Made by a program: the position numbers and the translations under genes. A DNA stretch of 35,535 nucleotides from a virus. Lineage: Duplodnaviria; Heunggongvirae; Uroviricota; Caudoviricetes. Of the stretch, positions 26,279 through 35,204 are shown piece by piece. Where the stretch lies: IMG/VR virus record IMGVR_UViG_2872152978_000002, one strand, 5' to 3'. Below the pieces are notes generated by a model. It was not told the origin of the DNA and did not search any database. It worked only from the letters and a program-made list of their open reading frames with translations. Position 1 is the stretch's first letter. The number at the start of each line of letters is the position of its first letter.

Positions 26279-27312
26279 TGAGCAAGAAAAAAGGGAAAAC
26301 ACCGCAACCTGCGGCAAAAAAAATGACCGCCAGCGCCCCGAAAATGGAGGCATTCACCTTTGGTGAGCCGGTGCCGGTACTCGACCGCCGTGACATTCTG
26401 GATTACGTCGAGTGCATCAGTAACGGCAGATGGTATGAGCCACCGGTCAGCTTTACCGGTCTGGCAAAAAGTCTGCGTGCTGCCGTGCATCACAGCTCAC
26501 CGATTTACGTTAAACGCAATATTCTGGCCTCGACATTTATCCCGCATCCGTGGCTTTCCCAGCAGGATTTCAGCCGCTTTGTGCTGGATTTTCTGGTGTT
26601 CGGTAATGCGTTTCTGGAAAAGCGATACAGCACCACCGGTAAGGTCATCAGACTGGAAACCTCACCGGCAAAATATACCCGCCGTGGTGTGGAGGAGGAT
26701 GTTTACTGGTGGGTACCGTCCTTCAACGAGCCGACACCTTTCACGCCCGGCTCCGTATTTCACCTGCTGGAGCCCGATATTAATCAGGAGCTGTACGGCC
26801 TGCCGGAATATCTCAGCGCCCTTAACTCTGCCTGGCTGAATGAATCGGCCACGCTGTTCCGCCGCAAGTATTACGAAAACGGCGCACATGCCGGATACAT
26901 CATGTACGTCACCGATGCCGTGCAGGATCGCAACGATATCGAAATGCTCCGCGAAAACATGGTGAAGTCGAAAGGCCGCAACAACTTTAAAAACCTGTTT
27001 CTCTATGCCCCACAGGGGAAAGCCGACGGCATTAAAATTATCCCGCTCAGTGAAGTGGCAACGAAGGACGATTTTTTTAATATCAAAAAAGCCAGCGCCG
27101 CTGACCTGCTGGACGCGCACCGCATCCCCTTTCAGTTGATGGGCGGCAAGCCGGAGAACGTCGGGTCGCTGGGCGATATTGAGAAAGTGGCAAAGGTCTT
27201 TGTCCGCAATGAGCTTATCCCGCTACAGGACAGGATCCGCGAGATAAACGGCTGGCTCGGCCAGGAAGTCATCCGCTTTAAAAACTACTCACTGGACACT
27301 GACAACAGCTGA
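26278..27312 (+). CDS. Q: Portal protein Q, 344 aa
   Basis: 344-aa ORF immediately after P (ATGA overlap), adjacent to cos; P2 gpQ length and position. Confidence 0.9.
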   Translation: MSKKKGKTPQPAAKKMTASAPKMEAFTFGEPVPVLDRRDILDYVECISNGRWYEPPVSFTGLAKSLRAAVHHSSPIYVKRNILASTFIPHPWLSQQDFSRFVLDFLVFGNAFLEKRYSTTGKVIRLETSPAKYTRRGVEEDVYWWVPSFNEPTPFTPGSVFHLLEPDINQELYGLPEYLSALNSAWLNESATLFRRKYYENGAHAGYIMYVTDAVQDRNDIEMLRENMVKSKGRNNFKNLFLYAPQGKADGIKIIPLSEVATKDDFFNIKKASAADLLDAHRIPFQLMGGKPENVGSLGDIEKVAKVFVRNELIPLQDRIREINGWLGQEVIRFKNYSLDTDNS

Positions 27313-27482
27313 ACATCGCCGCCTGCGGGCGGCTTTTTTACACCCCGTCATCACGCCCTCATACGCTCACCACCGCACAAAACACCCCGCAGACACACCA
27401 ACGGCCCCGGCGAACAATCTAAACGCCATCACGACGCGCTCAGACGCTGAAAAAATAAAATCAGCACCACCGCCAGCGCGCA

Positions 27483-27501
27483 GTGCTTTCCCCGCCTCGC
27501 C
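27483..27501. other. cos cohesive-end site (19 nt)
   Basis: GTGCTTTCCCCGCCTCGCC is the reverse complement of the P2 cohesive end GGCGAGGCGGGGAAAGCAC (from memory), located between Q and the old/tin position as in P2. Confidence 0.75.
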
Positions 27502-27931
27502 CGCCCGCTTTATGGGTCGGTTTTAATGCAGGTGCACGAATACACCGGAGGCGCGCCGGCACTGGTGGCGCTCAGACGCAACAGGGGAGGAAAACGCATG
27601 CAATTGAATGCATTTCTAGGCACACCTAAAAATGAAAAAATGTTATGACAATTAATCATTTTAAACACACTGATTAAGGGTAGAATTCTCCTAGTAAAAT
27701 CATAGAAAAACCGCTATCAAACCAGGCTTTTGCCTTGCTTCATTTTTTTAGATGAGTCTAAAAATTTGAAATTATCATTAGATGAAAATATTCTTTCTGC
27801 GGTATGCCGAATGACTGAAGTATTGAAGACCGCAGCCTGCTCCTCATTACAACTGAATACACCCTCATGACCATCAAACTCGCCCGCCAAAAGAAGGTTT
27901 TTTGATACTGGGAACAAAACTAAAGTGTCTT

Positions 27932-28645
27932 TTACACCAAACCCGGGGAATAAGGGCCTCGTGCTAATTCAGGATTAGTCCACATTAAGCAAACTGGGTT
28001 ATCTGAAGTTATAAATGACCCTTGCCCATCAGATATGGTCATAAGTGACCAGTTGCGTTGATGCAACAACTTGGTGATAACAGGTACACATTTCATTTCC
28101 ATATCTATCATGAACTCTCTGATTACATTGATTTCGAAATTATCCCCATCCACAAAATTTTTAATTTTTTCGTAAGCGAGATCATATGGCAAAGACTCAC
28201 CCATTTCTTTCTCATAAGCTAATTTGCAATCGTCCCAACGCTCAGCCGAACTAACTGAGGATTTCATGATAAACTTTGCTATTTGTTTCAATGGAGATGA
28301 TAAATGTTCTCGCTGAGCAGGCGTACGTATTGCCAATAAGGAAATAAACTCCAGAATAACATCTTTGGTTTCGCCTGAAAACTCGCCCCCCTCCTCAAGT
28401 TTTCTTAAATGAGTAGCGACACTGCCTTCAAACTCTGCAAGAGAACTCTCGAGATAGTTTGGGTCAACTCCATCCAATTCTAATCGGTTGAAATCTCTAA
28501 CCCCCCCGACATTGCGAGTATTACTCTCAAAGGTTTTGCGCTCCTTTAAATCTATTACAGTTAATTTTGATTTTTTCCCCCCATTACTTGTAAACCCTTT
28601 CAAATAACATTGGGATAAAAAATGATGATGCCTTGCAACACTCAT
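27932..28645 (-). CDS. DUF4238-like protein at the P2 old/tin moron position, probably truncated by a frameshift
   Basis: Starts MSVARHHHFLSQCYLKGF and contains SDNPV, which I recall as DUF4238 hallmarks. GGAG Shine-Dalgarno 6 nt before the chosen ATG. AT-rich. The reading frame of the downstream 66-aa ORF (27717..27917) is open from 27967, so one indel in the CCCCGGG run would give a ~305-aa product. Confidence 0.65.
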   Translation of the reverse strand: MSVARHHHFLSQCYLKGFTSNGGKKSKLTVIDLKERKTFESNTRNVGGVRDFNRLELDGVDPNYLESSLAEFEGSVATHLRKLEEGGEFSGETKDVILEFISLLAIRTPAQREHLSSPLKQIAKFIMKSSVSSAERWDDCKLAYEKEMGESLPYDLAYEKIKNFVDGDNFEINVIREFMIDMEMKCVPVITKLLHQRNWSLMTISDGQGSFITSDNPVCLMWTNPELARGPYSPGLV

Positions 28646-28748
28646 ACTCAGCTCCGTTATGGCTATAATCGCATAAATAATAAGCACTTATATTGCAATC
28701 ATCTAGTTAAATACACAATATTTATGACTCCGAAATTTCATTAAATCA

Positions 28749-30962
28749 CTATTGATAGGTTTTACCAATTAGTGCCAGCTCGAAATGGATGCGTGGAATC
28801 TGCGAACGTTCAGCCTTTGTCATCCGCCCTGATGGCGCTATCTGGTACGGTTTTAATGGTTCGCAGTTTCTTTGTTGCCAATTCGGTCTCGGTGCACCAT
28901 GTTTTAATGCACTCCTGAGCACCGTCACAACTTCCGGGTCATCCCATCCGATAACACCACTATCAACCAGATTTAACACCGCTGCGGCATGCTCAGACGG
29001 TGTAGGGTGCATAACCGGAACGTCACCGCCGGTGAACTTTCCACAGTTATTGACAGGACTCCGAGGCGCGGCGATGCCGCTTTTTAAAGTCAAAGGCTCA
29101 ACGACCGGCACTTTCGGCACAATGCGCCAGTCCGTCGTTCTGGTGATATGAATATGACGCGCGCCGAGATGCGGCGCGTAAATGCCGACCACTCTCTCGA
29201 CTTCTTCCTCGTACTCGTTAACTTCATCCGACGGGCTACGGGCGACCCTGACAGTCTGACAATCGCGCGGGACATTTGCCCCACCCTGCGCGCTGATATA
29301 CAACGCAAAATCACCACTGTCTGCGGCGGCGCGAGCAGCCTCGACGCGCTCGTCAAACTCATCAGCAATGCTGACGCCGCGCGGCAATTTGCGTAGTTCA
29401 CGGTAAGCCCCCATTGTCGGCAGACCAACCGTTTTAAATTGTGGGATGCGCCACGTTGACGCCCATGCGGTAACAGCCGCGGCAGTATCTTTAAGCGGCT
29501 TACCGGTATCGTTATCGAGCTGACCATCCAGTGCATAGCCGTCGATATTTTTTGAGATGTATTTCGCGATATACCCCGCAGCACCGCCCCGGTTAAGGTG
29601 TTTCGCCTGAAAACGGTTTCGCGCAGCTCCTCTTTCGTCGCCATCCTCTTTGAGCGCATAGCGACGCATGATTTCGATAATCTGGTTACGCTGGCGCGGA
29701 TTACAAAAAAGCATCATATGCCAGTGCGGCGTTCCGTCGTGGTGTGGCTCGACGACACGCAAACCGTAGACCTGTAAATCATTATCCTTGAATGCCGTGC
29801 GCATCAGGCTCCAGATACGGCAGAGATAACGCTGCGCATCCTTTGGATTAAATGCCTCATCGTTCCAGCCGTGATTTAGCTGGACGGTTTTACTTTCGCC
29901 TTTTCTGACCTGACGTGTCGGGTGATACTTTGACGGCGCGGTCAGCGTGATAAACATCCCCACATCACCCTCTGCTGCGGCGTAACGCTCAATACCGGCA
30001 ATGGTGTTCATCAGCTCCATCCGGCGAATTTCAGGATTAGAAATACTGCCCATCACCTTACTGATAAGGTCGATGCGCTCGCCGGTTTCCCTGTTTTCAA
30101 GGTCACATGATTTAAGAAATTCCAGATTTGCCTGGCGGCGCGCACGCACATCACGAATGGCATGTTTACTGGCATAAGGAGAACGGTCTTTATTGACCTC
30201 CCCGACAGCTATCAGTAACGCCTCATGCCAGCGCATACGCTGGCCTTTAAGCTGATGAGTCCACCACTCATCGTTAAACAGGCGGGCAATGGCAGAATAT
30301 GCCTGCCTCGTGGTCATCTGTCCTTTACGGTATTTTTTCCAGTAGAGCGGGGAAATATTGAAAGCACGTGCAGCGCCAGCAACATGACCATAAAGGTGAG
30401 CCTGCGCCTCATCCGTAAACAGCGATTCTTTTTCGCCATGTGCATCAACCCAGGCATCGCAGAGTTCCTCATACATCATGAAAAGCTGCGATGAGATACG
30501 GGCAGCAAACTTTTTCAGCTCCTTGTCATTCATTCCCGGCAGGCGCGCATAGTGGTCACGCTCTGCCAGAAACAGCAACGACGCGTCGGTGTTCATTTCA
30601 TGGCGCTGATTCACACGCTCAATGCGCGGCCATAAACGACGCTGAAAAGTGGATGTGAGGAAATAAAACCCGTGCACCGGGCTTTTATTGCGCCGGATGT
30701 AGTCATAACGTGAAGTAAACAGCGAGCGCAAAAAGTAAGGCAGGCGGTTAATCGTGGATAAAACACCTTGCACCTGACGCATCTCGTCACGTGTAAGGGG
30801 TCTTTCGCGCCCGACAGCCTCGCGTGGCGCGTTCCATGCATAAGCACCGGTAAACGTCTTACCGGTGCCTGCGGCAAATGCTGACGGAGGGACAAAACGC
30901 CCGGAGGCTTTAACGGCCATATGAGCCAAAAGCCTCTGAACAACGCCTGCTGAGTTGCTCAA
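28749..30962 (-). CDS. A: Replication initiation protein A (rolling-circle nickase), 737 aa
   Basis: Large ORF at the end of the early operon in the P2 gpA position; start codon choice uncertain (P2 A is about 761 aa by memory). Confidence 0.88.
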   Translation of the reverse strand: MSNSAGVVQRLLAHMAVKASGRFVPPSAFAAGTGKTFTGAYAWNAPREAVGRERPLTRDEMRQVQGVLSTINRLPYFLRSLFTSRYDYIRRNKSPVHGFYFLTSTFQRRLWPRIERVNQRHEMNTDASLLFLAERDHYARLPGMNDKELKKFAARISSQLFMMYEELCDAWVDAHGEKESLFTDEAQAHLYGHVAGAARAFNISPLYWKKYRKGQMTTRQAYSAIARLFNDEWWTHQLKGQRMRWHEALLIAVGEVNKDRSPYASKHAIRDVRARRQANLEFLKSCDLENRETGERIDLISKVMGSISNPEIRRMELMNTIAGIERYAAAEGDVGMFITLTAPSKYHPTRQVRKGESKTVQLNHGWNDEAFNPKDAQRYLCRIWSLMRTAFKDNDLQVYGLRVVEPHHDGTPHWHMMLFCNPRQRNQIIEIMRRYALKEDGDERGAARNRFQAKHLNRGGAAGYIAKYISKNIDGYALDGQLDNDTGKPLKDTAAAVTAWASTWRIPQFKTVGLPTMGAYRELRKLPRGVSIADEFDERVEAARAAADSGDFALYISAQGGANVPRDCQTVRVARSPSDEVNEYEEEVERVVGIYAPHLGARHIHITRTTDWRIVPKVPVVEPLTLKSGIAAPRSPVNNCGKFTGGDVPVMHPTPSEHAAAVLNLVDSGVIGWDDPEVVTVLRSALKHGAPRPNWQQRNCEPLKPYQIAPSGRMTKAERSQIPRIHFELALIGKTYQ

Positions 30963-31185
30963 CCTGCGCGTTTAAATCAGCAAAAGACTTTGCGCTTCCG
31001 GTCAGAATATCGTGATGCATCAGGCCGGAAACGAGCTGGCTTAATTTCGGGTAATAACCAACCACCGCCAGCCATTCCTGACCGGCGTTTTTACCGCTTT
31101 CCGCTCTCTTTTTCTCGTGGAGAATAAACTGAAAGCTGTCACTGGTAACGACATAACGTTCGCCAATTTCAATACGAATGCTCAT
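30910..31185 (-). CDS. Early-operon small protein (P2 orf83 position), 91 aa
   Basis: ORF between the zinc-finger protein gene and A, overlapping the A start; assignment by position only. Confidence 0.55.
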   Translation of the reverse strand: MSIRIEIGERYVVTSDSFQFILHEKKRAESGKNAGQEWLAVVGYYPKLSQLVSGLMHHDILTGSAKSFADLNAQVEQLSRRCSEAFGSYGR

Positions 31186-31406
31186 GCCATTCTCCGGTAA
31201 TGTTTGTTTTTTGCTTCAAAGACTGACTGACAGGAAACACAACGCGTGGCTGACGGATAAGCCGCACGACGGGCAGCAGGTATTGGCGCGTCACACTCTT
31301 CGCAAACCAGCGAAGAAACACCGCAATGTTTTACCCTTGCCGCGTTAATCTGGCGCTCCAGTAATTCAGTCTGTTGTTCCTGAATAAAATCTACGTTGTC
31401 CGGCAT
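31182..31406 (-). CDS. DksA/TraR-type C4 zinc-finger protein (P2 orf82 position), 74 aa
   Basis: C-x2-C ... C-x2-C (CEECDAPIP...CVSCQ), typical of the TraR/DksA zinc-finger family. Confidence 0.7.
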   Translation of the reverse strand: MPDNVDFIQEQQTELLERQINAARVKHCGVSSLVCEECDAPIPAARRAAYPSATRCVSCQSVFEAKNKHYRRMA

Positions 31407-31711
31407 TACCAGTTCCTTTTGTCGTTCAGTTTTTTAAATTCATCAGCGCAATAGCTGGCAAGTTCTGTCGTTAATTTTGTCAGTTCATCCACTGAGGAAA
31501 TTTGCTTGTGGAATACAGCGCGTTTAACAAGTAAATTGACCACATCAGACAGGAGGTTTAATTCGTTCTGATAAATCGCGATAACAGACTCAGTTATTTC
31601 GCGTTTTTCTTTATCAAGACCAAGTTGAATAAGAGACAAATCGCCATTTTTCATAACGGCGATTTTTAAGGCGTTATTCAGTAATACAACTGAACGAGAA
31701 CAGGACATCAA
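31406..31711 (-). CDS. Early-operon small protein (P2 orf81 position), 101 aa
   Basis: Translationally coupled ORF (overlapping stop/start) in the early operon; position only. Confidence 0.55.
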   Translation of the reverse strand: MMSCSRSVVLLNNALKIAVMKNGDLSLIQLGLDKEKREITESVIAIYQNELNLLSDVVNLLVKRAVFHKQISSVDELTKLTTELASYCADEFKKLNDKRNW

Positions 31712-31932
31712 AGCACCTCCCCGCGAGACAATCCGATATTGTGAAATTTTTCCGACTCCTGACTGAGCAGCTCGACTATCTCCACGCGGGATAACTCCGC
31801 CTTTGTGATGTGGCGAATCATGGCATCAAGATGAGAAGAAAAGCGCGTCGCAGCGTCGGCCTGTGCTTCGGTTCTGGCCTGTTGCAGCAGTAATGCGTAT
31901 TTACCGCACTGATTTTCAGAAACTGTATGCAT
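31708..31932 (-). CDS. Early-operon small protein (P2 orf80 position), 74 aa
   Basis: ORF immediately downstream of B in the early operon; position only. Confidence 0.55.
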   Translation of the reverse strand: MHTVSENQCGKYALLLQQARTEAQADAATRFSSHLDAMIRHITKAELSRVEIVELLSQESEKFHNIGLSRGEVL

Positions 31933-31995
31933 AACTTTCTCCAGGCAAAAAGAAGCCCCGCACGATTAAGTGCGTTAAAAACTCTGGTTAATTAC

Positions 31996-32496
31996 TTAAT
32001 GCAGATATTGCTCTGGTTTTACCGACGTCAGAATTGTCGGTGCATACTCAAACAGGCTGAATAATTCACGTAATGCACGGAATAAAGCATCACGCCAGTA
32101 ACATGACTCTTCATTAATTCGCCAGTATGGCTGGTTGAATTCTTTTTCAGTCAATCCGGCATGCATAAATAAAGTACGACGCTGACTGACTGTTAAAAAA
32201 CTAATATATGCATACTCACTTGCGCCAACCTGACGGCGTTTTGAGAATGCCCCACGCAATTCATCAATTGCACATACCAGTCGTTCACGTTCGACATCAT
32301 TCATTTCTTCAAAACGCATCGTTGCGTGACGCTGTTTTAACTGCGCATGGAAGCAAACCGTTAGCCGTTCACGTTCCATCATCTGATTATAATAATCGCA
32401 TGTCTCCTGCCAGCGAGGGACGGCCAGATGCTTACCAATTATCCGGCGCATAGCTGCTGGCTGTTTTTCAACAAGATTGAGCGTCATCACTGTCAT
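31996..32496 (-). CDS. B: Replication protein B (helicase-loader-like), 166 aa
   Basis: 166-aa ORF in the P2 gpB position; same length as P2 B. Confidence 0.85.
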   Translation of the reverse strand: MTVMTLNLVEKQPAAMRRIIGKHLAVPRWQETCDYYNQMMERERLTVCFHAQLKQRHATMRFEEMNDVERERLVCAIDELRGAFSKRRQVGASEYAYISFLTVSQRRTLFMHAGLTEKEFNQPYWRINEESCYWRDALFRALRELFSLFEYAPTILTSVKPEQYLH

Positions 32497-32687
32497 TTCC
32501 AGACCCTCCGACTTTTCAGAAAGGTCAGAGCCTTCTTTAACGGACTCTGTTTTTTGGTGCGGATAATGATTCCCTTGCGTCCCTTACCGTGGGTAATGGT
32601 GAAGTCAATCGCCCTGGGGCTTTCGTTACGCAGTAACTGAGCAATACAACGAGGCTCATTCATACGGTTCTCCTTAACGTGGTTCAC
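32493..32687 (-). CDS. Early-operon small protein (P2 orf78 position), 64 aa
   Basis: Short ORF between cox and B, overlapping both; position only. Confidence 0.5.
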   Translation of the reverse strand: MNHVKENRMNEPRCIAQLLRNESPRAIDFTITHGKGRKGIIIRTKKQSPLKKALTFLKSRRVWK

Positions 32688-32949
32688 CGAGACCTAACCA
32701 CATCAACCAGCCGTCACGAATCTCTTTAGGGCGGCTTTCATAAGCCAGTTTTAGTCCGTTATTCCATGCCGGAAGGTATACCCAATATTCACCTGCACGA
32801 CCTGAAGCTGATTGTGGATCGGTCATATCAATTACAGGCAGCTTTCCTTTATCGATCATCCGACGAACCGCTCCTGTCGATTTTCCTATTAGTTTTGCGA
32901 ACTCCTGATAAGGAATCGCATCAGTCATGAGTGTTACTTGCTTGCTCAT
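32674..32949 (-). CDS. cox: Cox (excisionase / Pc repressor), 91 aa
   Basis: First gene of the early operon, divergent from C; MSKQVTLMTDAIPYQEFAKLIGKSTGAVRRMIDKGKLPV... contains an HTH-like segment; P2 Cox length. Confidence 0.85.
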   Translation of the reverse strand: MSKQVTLMTDAIPYQEFAKLIGKSTGAVRRMIDKGKLPVIDMTDPQSASGRAGEYWVYLPAWNNGLKLAYESRPKEIRDGWLMWLGLGEPR

Positions 32950-33063
32950 GTCGTCCTCCAGCCCTCATGAATTGCGTTTAATGCCTTATAATGCCTTTTA
33001 GTGCCCACATCCAAGCACTAAACAATCTACATCTAAACTAAATACTATTGAGATCTAAACACT
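32950..33063. promoter_or_regulatory. Immunity switch region (face-to-face Pe/Pc promoters and C operator)
   Basis: 114-bp AT-rich region between divergent cox and C. ATCTAAAC direct repeats at 33031..33038 and 33053..33060 (22 bp apart), with a third CTAAAC at 33018; consistent with direct-repeat C operators as I recall for P2. Confidence 0.5.
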
Positions 33064-33363
33064 ATGTCAAACACGATAAGCGAGAAGATAGTCTTAATGC
33101 GAAAATCTGAGTATTTGAGCAGACAACAACTTGCTGATTTAACAGGGGTTCCGTATGGCACGCTGAGTTACTATGAAAGTGGTCGTTCAACACCTCCAAC
33201 AGATGTCATGATGAACATCCTGCAGACCCCACAATTCACCAAATACACTTTATGGTTCATGACAAATCAGATCGCTCCTGAGTCCGGGCAAATTGCGCCC
33301 GCTCTCGCACACTTTGGGCAAAACGAAACAACGTCGCCCCACTCCGGTCAAAAGACTGGTTAA
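33064..33363 (+). CDS. C: Immunity repressor C, 99 aa
   Basis: MSNTISEKIVLMRKSEYLSRQQLADLTGVPYGTLSYYESG... contains an HTH and matches P2 C in sequence and length. Confidence 0.9.
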   Translation: MSNTISEKIVLMRKSEYLSRQQLADLTGVPYGTLSYYESGRSTPPTDVMMNILQTPQFTKYTLWFMTNQIAPESGQIAPALAHFGQNETTSPHSGQKTG

Positions 33364-33478
33364 CAATTTATCGTGAATATATTCATCACAAGTGCCTACT
33401 ATTGGTGGCTAAATTTCAGCCACCACGAAAAAAGCGATTAGTAGTAGCAAAAAAAAGTACCACTCGGAGGGTTTTCTG

Positions 33479-34492
33479 ATGGCAATCAAAAAACTCGATG
33501 ATGGTCGATATGAAGTGGACATCCGCCCTACTGGACGTAACGGAAAACGCATCCGTAGGAAGTTTGATAAGAAAAGCGAAGCTGTCGCTTTCGAAAAATA
33601 CACGTTGTACAACCACCACAATAAAGAATGGCTATCAAAACCAACAGACAAACGACGTCTGTCGGAACTGACACAGATCTGGTGGGATTTAAAGGGTAAA
33701 CACGAAGAGCATGGGAAATCTAATCTTGGAAAAATTGAAATCTTCACAAAAATAACGAATGACCCATGCGCATTTCAAATCACGAAATCCCTTATCAGCC
33801 AGTACTGCGCCACCCGAAGAAGTCAGGGTATTAAACCTTCGAGTATCAATCGTGATTTAACATGTATTAGCGGCATGTTTACAGCCCTGATTGAAGCGGA
33901 GTTATTCTTTGGTGAGCACCCTATCAGAGGGACAAAGAGGCTTAAGGAGGAAAAACCAGAAACAGGCTATCTCACACAGGAAGAAATTGCCTTACTGCTT
34001 GCAGCACTTGACGGCGACAATAAAAAGATTGCGATTCTTTGCCTGAGTACAGGAGCACGTTGGGGAGAAGCAGCTCGTTTGAAAGCAGAAAATATCATCC
34101 ATAACCGCGTCACGTTTGTTAAAACGAAAACAAACAAACCACGCACCGTCCCGATCTCAGAGGCTGTTGCCAAAATGATCGCGGATAACAAACGAGGTTT
34201 TTTATTCCCTGATGCTGATTACCCTCGCTTCAGACGAACAATGAAAGCAATAAAACCGGATTTGCCAACGGGGCAAGCCACACATGCACTAAGGCACAGC
34301 TTTGCCACTCATTTCATGATTAATGGAGGAAGTATTATCACGCTACAACGGATACTAGGTCACACGCGGATTGAGCAAACTATGGTTTACGCTCATTTTG
34401 CGCCAGAGTACCTTCAGGACGCCATTTCTCTTAATCCGCTAAGAGGTGGTACTGAGGCCGAGAGTGTCCACACAGTGTCCACAGTAGAGTAA
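33479..34492 (+). CDS. int: Tyrosine integrase, 337 aa
   Basis: C-terminal catalytic region contains the R...HxLRH...Y residues of tyrosine recombinases (ATHALRHSFATHF...VYAHF); adjacent to the att core; P2 Int length. Confidence 0.9.
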   Translation: MAIKKLDDGRYEVDIRPTGRNGKRIRRKFDKKSEAVAFEKYTLYNHHNKEWLSKPTDKRRLSELTQIWWDLKGKHEEHGKSNLGKIEIFTKITNDPCAFQITKSLISQYCATRRSQGIKPSSINRDLTCISGMFTALIEAELFFGEHPIRGTKRLKEEKPETGYLTQEEIALLLAALDGDNKKIAILCLSTGARWGEAARLKAENIIHNRVTFVKTKTNKPRTVPISEAVAKMIADNKRGFLFPDADYPRFRRTMKAIKPDLPTGQATHALRHSFATHFMINGGSIITLQRILGHTRIEQTMVYAHFAPEYLQDAISLNPLRGGTEAESVHTVSTVE

Positions 34493-34571
34493 CGTTTAAG
34501 GGCTTTCAGTGGTAATTTATGCCGCTCAAACCCGCATTGTACCGTTGAAAGCCCCTACTGGTGACACCCTA

Positions 34572-34599
34572 AATCTCCCTTACACGGGCTTATTTTTTT
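34572..34599. repeat. Prophage att core, int-proximal copy (28 bp, one extra T)
   Basis: AATCTCCCTTACACGGGCTTATTTTTTT; identical to 145..171 except for a T-run of 7 rather than 6. Confidence 0.85.
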
Positions 34600-34662
34600 A
34601 TGCATAAGCCCTATCTCTGGTAACCGTCTTCCATTGACCACATCGATAGAATCCTCCTTCAT

Positions 34663-34695
34663 AGCACGATGCCTTTCACTTATCGGCATCGTGCT
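34663..34695. repeat. Perfect 11-bp-stem inverted repeat in the host flank between attR and yegR
   Basis: AGCACGATGCC-(11 nt)-GGCATCGTGCT; no adjacent T-run on either strand; function unknown. Confidence 0.6.
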
Positions 34696-34757
34696 CCCAC
34701 AGGTTCCGGCTACGCACAGCCAGAACGCGCATATTTGACGCTTACCAAAAAATATTC

Positions 34758-35075
34758 TCACTCTCCACATTTGAATGTCAGACGAGCGACACCATGTAAT
34801 CCTACACCTTCTGTCTTCAGCTCAACTATTTGCATTTTTTTGCCCTGAGTAACACAGAAATGAGTTGCATCATTTTTTACTATATTTTCTGCACCAGATA
34901 TTCTACCCCTGGCTAAAGAAGCTTCGGCTTCGGTGTAGTATTGGTTATCGAGTTTACGCTGAATATTACTTTTATATGCAAGACCAAATTTACCGATACT
35001 TGTCTCATCATTATGCACAGCACAACCAGACATAATAAAAATACTAATTAATGATATAGCAGCTATCTTTTTCAT
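34758..35075 (-). CDS. yegR: YegR-like small secreted/lipoprotein, 105 aa
   Basis: Begins MKKIAAISLISIFIMSGCAVHNDE (signal peptide with lipobox-like SGC). In E. coli K-12 the neighbourhood is cyaR-ogrK-yegZ-yegR (from memory), which fits this position. Confidence 0.7.
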   Translation of the reverse strand: MKKIAAISLISIFIMSGCAVHNDETSIGKFGLAYKSNIQRKLDNQYYTEAEASLARGRISGAENIVKNDATHFCVTQGKKMQIVELKTEGVGLHGVARLTFKCGE

Positions 35076-35204
35076 CTCACCTTCCCCCATTAAATACCAA
35101 CGACACTCTCTAGTGTTTAAATATAATAATGGCATGATTATTATAATTGAATAGGATTATAATAAATGTTCTGTACAACATTTCCTACATAAGTAGGAAT
35201 TACG

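Larger units (their letters stand above)
145..34599. mobile_element. P2-like prophage (Peduovirus), full length, integrated at cyaR
   Basis: Bounded by direct repeats of the P2 att core; contains the P2 gene order ogr-D-U-T-E-FII-FI-G-H-I-J-W-V-S-R-lysCBA-K-Y-X-L-M-N-O / P-Q / cos / A-B-cox / C-int, with product lengths matching P2 (from memory). Confidence 0.92.

Noticed and set aside
27598-27648. 16-codon ORF (MQLNAFLGTPKNEKML) preceded by a strong GGAGG Shine-Dalgarno, next to cos
   Set aside because: Too short to assess and no support beyond the ribosome-binding site; could be a leader peptide or chance. Not reported as a gene.
27717-27917. 66-aa ORF immediately downstream of the DUF4238-like gene, as a possible independent small partner gene
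   Set aside because: It begins with a non-ATG codon, has no Shine-Dalgarno, and its frame is open upstream into the 3' end of the DUF4238-like ORF; more likely the displaced C-terminus of a frameshifted gene.
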